Below the pieces are notes generated by a model. That model was not told the origin of the DNA and ran no database searches. It saw nothing but the letters and a program-made list of their open reading frames with translations. The translations under genes and the position numbers were made by a program. From Actinomycetota bacterium (GTDB lineage: Bacteria; Actinomycetota; Acidimicrobiia; Acidimicrobiales; Ilumatobacteraceae), in contig JBAXHD010000008.1 in NCBI GenBank assembly GCA_037139095.1, positions 16,781-80,780 of the forward strand: a stretch of 64,000 bases of DNA. The letters are read 5' to 3'. The first letter of the stretch is position 1. Each line of letters opens with the position of its first letter. Below, piece by piece: positions 56,189 to 62,400 of this stretch.

Positions 56189-58917
56189 AGGGTCACCGTC
56201 TGCACGCACGACACGGCCTCGTTGGCCGCCACCTTGACTCGAATACCCGAAAAGATCGGACTCGCAGTGGGCACGAGTGTGAACGTTCGATTCGTGACAC
56301 CTGCTTTGCAGCTCCATGTCCCCGATTTGTAACTCGACAAGCCAGAAAGGTTCTGCGGTTGGATCTCGACGGTTTGGTAGGTGCCGTCGCTGATGTTGAG
56401 GTCGAAGGTGCCACTCGAGAACTGCTTCGTCGTAGTGATCACCGTCATGTCGGATACCAACGGCTTGCCGGCCGAGTCGGTGAGCGCCGTCTTTTGGTAG
56501 GTGAACGGATCTGCGGCCGACGTACTGCCCACCTTGGTTTGCAAGGTCAATGTGCCGCCGCACTGCGAGAGCGCGATGGTCTGTAGCGCAAGGCCGAAGT
56601 TGGTGTAGTCGGGCGAGATATACATGTTGGCGGTGAGCGCATTGGTGTACTTGCCATTGACCAGTGTTGCGGGCACGCCGGTATCTGAGTTGGCCACCAG
56701 CCGCGACAAGATCTGGGCGCCAGTGACCGTAGATGTCACTGGCGAGTCGTATGCCGTGTACGGCAGGCTGTACTGCTTGGCCGATCTGGTCCAGCTGGAA
56801 TCGGTGCTGCTGTAACCAGTACCTGTGGTGTCTACGGGATCCGAGAGCGAGTACGGCGACGTATAGCTCTTACCGGTCCAGCCATCGGTGGAGTCGGTGT
56901 CGGGCGCTCCAGGATTCATCACGGAATAGATGCTCTGGTTGGTAACGGTGGGTGAAGCGTTTGTGGTCCACGATGTTGTTGGGTTGGCGATGGCTGGGTC
57001 TGTCAAGTTGACCGACCGGGCAAATGAATACGGCGCACTGAATGCGGCGCGTGATGAGCTTGACAGTGACGTCGATGATGTCGCCGACGTGTTGATCTCC
57101 CAATACGTGTAGGGCGATGTGTACAGGCGCCCGGCAGACCAACCGTCGCTGCCGTCGCTCACCGAATTCGCTGCGATGTCTTGGGCAGTGAACAAGGTCA
57201 GGTTGGTCGAACCCGACGAAGGCGCCGTCCATGTGGTGGCCATGTCTTGCGATGCAATTGCGCTGGCGCTCAGCGACGTCTTCGACAAGCGGAAGGGCGA
57301 TGTAAAACGGAGGCGTCGTTGGCCATTTGAGGTGCCGAGTGTGCTATTCGAAGTCGCTGACGAATCGTCGACCCACACAGGCGAACTCGTGCTGCCCGTG
57401 TTCTTCTCCATGTGGTACCAACGCGTCATCGTGGTGTCGGCGTGGTATCCCTTTTCGATGTGGTAGTAGCGCGAGTATGCGAGGTGATAGCTGTGTGTGT
57501 AGTTGTAGTGGTAGCCAGGGATGCTTGAGATCCACGTTTGGTTACCGCTGACGCCCGGACCAACGCCCACTCCGATGAAGCGTGTGCTGTCGCGGAATGC
57601 GGCCGCAATGAGGTTCGCTCGGTCGAAGCCTTGCTGCTGGTAGTTGCCGTTCATTGTCGTTGAGTAGCCAGGCTGAGCGAGAGGCGGTTCTGCGGGGATC
57701 GAGCTCGAAGAGTTGTTCAAACGCGAGTTGGTCGGAACACCGTCTGTAAAGAACACCACCATCCCGGGGAGGTCTTGCGCCACCGTTCCGTCTGCGTTGT
57801 AGAACGTGCGGAACATCGCATCTTCCCAGTTGGTATATCCAGCTGGGTATGTCATGTTCGTTACTTCGTTCAACAACGCATTGGACTCAGTGCTGTTGAG
57901 CATGTTGTACGACATCGTCCATGTGGGCGATGTTGCGCCGACCGTGCTTGCGACGGTGTCGAAGGGAACAAGCTTCAATCGCACCGGTGTACCGACAAAC
58001 ATGGTCACGAATTGGCCAACAGCTGTTTTGATCTTGGCGAAGTCGGTAGATCCGATTGAGCCCGATCGGTCGATGATCAACGTGATCGAGCCGCCGCACA
58101 GCGAGCGAGCGGCAATCAACGACGGCGCTCCTTGCATGCTGGTCGAGTCAATCAAAGTGCGGTTCGTGCCACCCGCGCTGAGGCTGATCTGATTCGTCCC
58201 GCCGCCGGCGCCTGCCGACTTGCCGCCGCCGTTCACGGTAACGACAACTCGCTGTGCGTTCTTGACGGCAACGGCTGATGCCGAGCCCGCGATGGTGGTG
58301 ACTGTTGGATCGATTGCTAGGGGATCCGGCGGGGTGCTGACTTTGATAATCCAGTCGGGCACGGTGACACCTGCAGTGAACACACCGTCTGGTGGAGCAT
58401 CGAGATTGTGCAATACAACACTGGCTCGACAGGTGACCGCGCCCTCGGTCTGATCGCACTGCACTCGAATGAGTTGGTACTCGCTACCGACCAGTACATA
58501 GCGGTATGACACCTGTGTCAGGCGTGTGACCGACTGTCCGCTGGCGTTGGCCACGAGAGTGCTCCACGAGAGCATCATCGCGTTGGAGCCACCGACATCG
58601 GCCCCAGGTGGGCAGGCTCCGAAACAGGAATTGATACCCGGAGAGGTGTCGACGTTCTGACCCGCTGACGCAAGATCGCCTGGGATCCACAGACCCGCCC
58701 CGTTCTCGGCGCGGGCGTTGTTGAGTCGGCCGTTGCCCGTGGACTGCTGATTCATAATGACCACAACCGCTCCGGAAAGCGCTGTGACGAGCACACCTGT
58801 GAGAGCGATCGAGATGAGCAACTCCACCAGCGTCATTCCCTCGTCGCGGCGGGGATCTCGATTGGTGAAGTGTTTGCGGAATTGGCGCAAGAGACGGACG
58901 AATGGGTGTCTACACAT
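56185..58917 (-). CDS. Giant modular type IV pilin-like protein with an internal vWA (MIDAS) domain
   Basis: 910 aa. The leader ...DPRRDEG is followed by MTLVELLISIALTGVLV, a prepilin cleavage/methylation motif with Glu5. The vWA domain covers aa ~275-455 (DNA 57553-58095) with DRSGS (D283/S285/S287), T362 and D392 (FFTDGVPT). It is followed by a Ser/Thr/Tyr/Trp-rich region and a C-terminal beta-rich domain. Confidence 0.8.
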   Translation of the reverse strand: MCRHPFVRLLRQFRKHFTNRDPRRDEGMTLVELLISIALTGVLVTALSGAVVVIMNQQSTGNGRLNNARAENGAGLWIPGDLASAGQNVDTSPGINSCFGACPPGADVGGSNAMMLSWSTLVANASGQSVTRLTQVSYRYVLVGSEYQLIRVQCDQTEGAVTCRASVVLHNLDAPPDGVFTAGVTVPDWIIKVSTPPDPLAIDPTVTTIAGSASAVAVKNAQRVVVTVNGGGKSAGAGGGTNQISLSAGGTNRTLIDSTSMQGAPSLIAARSLCGGSITLIIDRSGSIGSTDFAKIKTAVGQFVTMFVGTPVRLKLVPFDTVASTVGATSPTWTMSYNMLNSTESNALLNEVTNMTYPAGYTNWEDAMFRTFYNADGTVAQDLPGMVVFFTDGVPTNSRLNNSSSSIPAEPPLAQPGYSTTMNGNYQQQGFDRANLIAAAFRDSTRFIGVGVGPGVSGNQTWISSIPGYHYNYTHSYHLAYSRYYHIEKGYHADTTMTRWYHMEKNTGSTSSPVWVDDSSATSNSTLGTSNGQRRLRFTSPFRLSKTSLSASAIASQDMATTWTAPSSGSTNLTLFTAQDIAANSVSDGSDGWSAGRLYTSPYTYWEINTSATSSTSLSSSSRAAFSAPYSFARSVNLTDPAIANPTTSWTTNASPTVTNQSIYSVMNPGAPDTDSTDGWTGKSYTSPYSLSDPVDTTGTGYSSTDSSWTRSAKQYSLPYTAYDSPVTSTVTGAQILSRLVANSDTGVPATLVNGKYTNALTANMYISPDYTNFGLALQTIALSQCGGTLTLQTKVGSTSAADPFTYQKTALTDSAGKPLVSDMTVITTTKQFSSGTFDLNISDGTYQTVEIQPQNLSGLSSYKSGTWSCKAGVTNRTFTLVPTASPIFSGIRVKVAANEAVSCVQTVTL

Positions 58918-59419
58918 CGCTCTTCACCACCTGCAGAGATTTTTTGATTTTTCCGTCGGGACTTGTGACCGTGATCGTCACGAGTTGAACTGCAAGGTCG
59001 GCAGGCGCAGATTGGGTTGTGAGACAAGCAAGGTCGGCCCATTGGCCTTCGGTGCTTGCAGTTGCGCCAGGAACAAAGTGTTGCTGAAGAACTGACGTTG
59101 TAGTGGCATCCCACCCGTTGGTCTGTGCCGCAGCCTGCGCATACAACGTGTAATCGCAACTCTTTGGCGCACGGTTCACGCGGTCGGCTGCATTCTGGAG
59201 CACGGTCTCAACCGCTGACATGTTGGTGTTCAATCGGCCAGCTGTGATCGTGGACATCACCGCGTTCAAGGTCGGAACCATGATGATCGCCATGATCGTG
59301 ATGGTCATCACGATCTCAACCAACGAGAATCCAGCGTCAGCGCTCTCGGTGTCGCAGCGCACAGCCTCATCGCGGGCGTACATGAGCCAGGAGCGTGTGC
59401 CGCTCTTGTCATGCTTCAT
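58910..59419 (-). CDS. Small type IV pilin/pseudopilin-like protein
   Basis: The maximal ORF is 58910..59446 with a GTG start. ATG 59419 has the only weak SD-like sequence (AGGACGGG), and ATG 59383 is also possible. The leader ends ...ESADAG and is followed by FSLVEIVMTITIMAIIMVP with Glu5. The ~140-aa mature part has 2 Cys. Its stop overlaps the next gene's start by 8 nt. Confidence 0.75.
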   Translation of the reverse strand: MKHDKSGTRSWLMYARDEAVRCDTESADAGFSLVEIVMTITIMAIIMVPTLNAVMSTITAGRLNTNMSAVETVLQNAADRVNRAPKSCDYTLYAQAAAQTNGWDATTTSVLQQHFVPGATASTEGQWADLACLTTQSAPADLAVQLVTITVTSPDGKIKKSLQVVKSDV

Positions 59420-59551
59420 ACGACGCCCGTCCTGTTCGCACGCCACAGCCGATCTGTGGCACCACTAATTCATCGGTATCTGCGTTGCAGACTTGAGGCA
59501 TTTCAGCATCGCGCTGGACTTTGAAGGCCCCATTCGGCAATCCTGCATCCA

Positions 59552-60457
59552 ATGCTCGAGCGTGTTTGCCCCCTATGTCGAGGCTCCTTGCGCGTCTCTG
59601 AGCGCGTCTATGCGTGCGTCACCTGCACTGAGAGCTATTCCCGGGTTGACAACATCGATCTGTTCTTGCCTGCGGCGCGGGTGGCGCACTTCGAGCAATT
59701 CCTGAACGATTACACGACAGTGCGACTCGCTGAGGGCCGCGCCAGCGATGACCCCGAATACTTCAGACGGTTGCCCGAGACCGCACCTGGAGCACCGTTG
59801 GAGTGGCAGTGGAACATGCGAAGTCGGTCGTGGCGCACCGTGCGGTCGCGCGTGTTTCGTCCTCGGACGCAGTCGCTCGTTGTCGTCGATGTTGGAGCCG
59901 GAGTCGGCTGGCTGTCGAACCGACTCACTGAGCTCGGCCACGAGGCTCTGGCAGTCGACCTCACGATTGACCCTCACGATGGTCTTGGCGCTGCTCGCCA
60001 CTATCAACACAAGTTCTCGTGCTCTCAGGCCGAGATGGACGCCTTGCCCTTCCCAGATGCCAGTGCAGATGTCGTGATCTACAACGCCAGCCTGCATTAC
60101 TCATGCGATTACGCCGTCACGCTCGCCGAAGCGCTGCGAGTGCTCAAGTCCACAGGCCGAATCGTGGTCATGGACTCCCCCATCTACCGACAACGCTCCG
60201 CCGGCGAGGCGATGATTGCCGAGCGGCACGCCGATTTCGAGCAGCGGTTCGGATCGCGATCCGACTCCGTGCCGTCGGTTGGATATCTCACGCCACACAT
60301 GCTGCACGATCTGGCCCTGAGCCTCGGTCTCCGTTGGCGCAGGCATCACACCTGGTACGGCTGGCAGTGGGCGTGGAAGCCGTGGCGAGCCCGCCTACGC
60401 GGCAAGCGTCAGCCAAGCCGATTCGTGGTGCTCGTCGCCAAGCGTGTGGGTCCGTAA
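59552..60457 (+). CDS. Class I SAM-dependent methyltransferase with an N-terminal Zn-ribbon
   Basis: 301 aa. CPLC...CVTC ribbon, SAM motif I VVDVGAGVGWLS and motif post-I ALAVDL. Confidence 0.85.
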   Translation: MLERVCPLCRGSLRVSERVYACVTCTESYSRVDNIDLFLPAARVAHFEQFLNDYTTVRLAEGRASDDPEYFRRLPETAPGAPLEWQWNMRSRSWRTVRSRVFRPRTQSLVVVDVGAGVGWLSNRLTELGHEALAVDLTIDPHDGLGAARHYQHKFSCSQAEMDALPFPDASADVVIYNASLHYSCDYAVTLAEALRVLKSTGRIVVMDSPIYRQRSAGEAMIAERHADFEQRFGSRSDSVPSVGYLTPHMLHDLALSLGLRWRRHHTWYGWQWAWKPWRARLRGKRQPSRFVVLVAKRVGP

Positions 60458-60475
60458 GCGACTCCATAAAGCATC

Positions 60476-60496
60476 AGCGCACGCTTACCGTGCGCT
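60476..60496 (+). terminator. Hairpin 19 nt after the methyltransferase stop
   Basis: 8-bp stem AGCGCACG / CGTGCGCT with a 5-nt loop. No U-tract. Confidence 0.35.
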
Positions 60497-60540
60497 AGCG
60501 CTTCGTGGGACCGAGCAACCCGGTAGCGGCCAGGTGGCTA

Positions 60541-60572
60541 AAAAGCAAAAGGGCCACCCTTGCGGATGGCCC
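60541..60572 (-). terminator. Rho-independent terminator downstream of tRNA-Pro
   Basis: The minus strand reads GGGCCAtccgcaagggTGGCCC followed by TTTTGCTTTT, 16 nt after the tRNA 3' end. Confidence 0.65.
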
Positions 60573-60588
60573 CTGACCTGCTACTTCG

Positions 60589-60665
60589 TGGTCGGGCTGG
60601 CGGGATTTGAACCCACGACCCCTTGTCCCCCAGACAAGTGCGCTACCAAGCTGCGCTACAGCCCG
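60589..60665 (-). tRNA. tRNA-Pro (anticodon GGG), CCA encoded
   Basis: Hand-folded 77-nt cloverleaf. Acceptor stem CGGGCTG/CAGCCCG, D stem GCGC/GCGC, anticodon stem CTTGT/ACAAG with loop CTGGGGG, T arm GTGGG-TTCAAAT-CCCGC, discriminator A and CCA. Confidence 0.93.
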
Positions 60666-60746
60666 TTGTTACGGAATGGCCAGCGTAGCGGATGCCGTTG
60701 CAACCACCCACGCCAAAAGCCGATGAGAGTTCTACTGCGTCGATGC

Positions 60747-61007
60747 CTAGCGAAAGAGCTGCACGATGCGGTACACGAAGTACAACACCAGCAGTACCAT
60801 CAGCAGCTTGAAGTGCCACGGGGCCTTCATGTCTTCGTCGGCGTCGTCTCCGGCAGCCAATTTGCGAAGGTCGAGATTCTTAGCCGTGATTGGCGTCTTC
60901 GGTACCTGCGCCTCAAGGCTTCGCCCGCATGTTGGACAGTTGCCATCTTCGGTCATAGCCGATGGCGCGAAGTACTTGGCGCAGTCTTCACACCAGGGCA
61001 TGCGCAC
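60747..61007 (-). CDS. Small Zn-ribbon protein with a C-terminal TM anchor
   Basis: 86 aa. CEDC...CPTC ribbon, an acidic linker, then WHFKLLMVLLVLYFVYRIV. Lies 37 nt downstream of der on the same strand. Confidence 0.5.
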   Translation of the reverse strand: MRMPWCEDCAKYFAPSAMTEDGNCPTCGRSLEAQVPKTPITAKNLDLRKLAAGDDADEDMKAPWHFKLLMVLLVLYFVYRIVQLFR

Positions 61008-61044
61008 TCCTGAGATCGGTGATTGTCATGGCCATGCTCGAACG

Positions 61045-62400
61045 CTATTCGGTGCGGCGACGAACACGAAGTTTCAGCGGCGTAGAACCGAAGTCGAACG
61101 CTTCGCGAATGCTGCGCTCGAGATACCGCAGATACGTGTGCGGCAGTTCGCGGTTCACGAACAACGTGAAGGTCGGCGGGTCGGTGGCTCCCTGCATCGC
61201 GTAGAGCACCTTGGTGCCGCCCGGTGCTGGCTGCTTTTGCTGAGCCGCGGCGATCACTTTGTTCACGTCGCGTGTCGGCACGCGCCGGTGGTACTGCACG
61301 ATGGCTTCTTTGAGTACTGGCGCCAACTTGTTGACACCTTTGCCGCTGAGCGCAGAGATCTTCAGAATGGGAGCGTCGCCGATGAAGCCCAGCTTGCGCT
61401 TAACCTCGGCCAAAATGTCGAGGCGCCGCTCGGCGTCGTCGATCAGTTCCCACTTGTTGAGCAGCAGCACGATTGGGCATCCGGCAGCATCGACACGCTC
61501 GGCCAAACGCTGGTCTTGGCCGGTAATGCCTTCGGTGGCATCGATGACAAACAGCGCGATGTCGGCGTCGTCGATGGCGCGAAGCGCTCGAACTAACGAG
61601 TAGTACTCGGCCGAGTCGTCGATCTTCGAGCGGCGGCGCATACCTGCGGTGTCGACGAACACGATGGGACCGTCTTCGGTCTCGACCAATGTGTCGATGG
61701 CATCGCGCGTGGTGCCAGGCATGTCGTGAACCACAGAGCGATTCTCTCCAACCAACCGGTTGAACAGAGTGCTCTTGCCCACGTTTGGTCGCCCCACAAC
61801 AGCAACGCGCGGCGCTGCTTGCTCTGGCGGTGTCCAGTTTTCGTCGTCTTCGAGCAGGGCTTCGACAATGCCTGCCGGGCTGACATCGGGGATGCGAGCA
61901 ATAACTTCGTCGAGCAGATCGCCGGCGCGACGGCCATGCAGCGCGCTGACTGGCAAGGGCTCGCCAAGGCCGAGCGACAGGAACTCCCAACGCGCCCCTT
62001 CTCGTTGATCGTTGTCGGCCTTGTTGACCACCAGCAGCACGGGAGGCTTAATGCGGCGCAGCCAGATAGCAATCTGCTCGTCATCGTCGGTGACGCCCAC
62101 AGAGCCATCGACGAGGAACATCACCAACGATGCGCGCCGTACGGCGGCTTCTACTTGGCGGCTGACCTTGTCGTCGAGCTCGCTGCCGGACGGCAACCAG
62201 CCGCCAGTATCGACCAACGTAAACGGTCGCCCAAGCCATTCGGCCTCGACCTCTTTGCGGTCGCGAGTAACGCCCGGACGGTCTTCGACGATGGCCACTT
62301 GCTCACCCACAATGCGGTTGAACAAGGTGCTCTTGCCCACGTTTGGGCGGCCAACAATCACCACGCTTGGCAGTTCGGGGGCTTCATCTACTTCGGTCAT
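61045..62400 (-). CDS. der: Ribosome-biogenesis GTPase Der (EngA)
   Basis: 451 aa. Two G domains (GRPNVGKST twice, DTGG/DTAG, NKAD/NKWE) and a KH-like C-terminus. Confidence 0.97.
   Translation of the reverse strand: MTEVDEAPELPSVVIVGRPNVGKSTLFNRIVGEQVAIVEDRPGVTRDRKEVEAEWLGRPFTLVDTGGWLPSGSELDDKVSRQVEAAVRRASLVMFLVDGSVGVTDDDEQIAIWLRRIKPPVLLVVNKADNDQREGARWEFLSLGLGEPLPVSALHGRRAGDLLDEVIARIPDVSPAGIVEALLEDDENWTPPEQAAPRVAVVGRPNVGKSTLFNRLVGENRSVVHDMPGTTRDAIDTLVETEDGPIVFVDTAGMRRRSKIDDSAEYYSLVRALRAIDDADIALFVIDATEGITGQDQRLAERVDAAGCPIVLLLNKWELIDDAERRLDILAEVKRKLGFIGDAPILKISALSGKGVNKLAPVLKEAIVQYHRRVPTRDVNKVIAAAQQKQPAPGGTKVLYAMQGATDPPTFTLFVNRELPHTYLRYLERSIREAFDFGSTPLKLRVRRRTE

Noticed and set aside
56189-56563. 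Upstream extension of the third pilus-operon ORF (54686..56563).
   Set aside because: It would overlap the 910-aa gene by 379 nt. ATG 56188 gives a classic ATGA coupling and a leader similar to those of the other two proteins.
54661-60665. Classical tRNA-integrated genomic island with an integrase and att repeats.
   Set aside because: No integrase, recombinase or mobility gene is present. I could not find a copy of the tRNA-Pro 3' end at the distal boundary near 54660-54700. Only the weaker old-insertion hypothesis is kept as a finding.
60444-61013. 189-aa plus-strand ORF spanning the tRNA-Pro region.
   Set aside because: It reads straight through the terminator hairpin and the tRNA-Pro gene (...GLAGFEPTTPCPPDKCATKLRYSP is the translated tRNA complement). 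It is also antisense to the small Zn-ribbon ORF.
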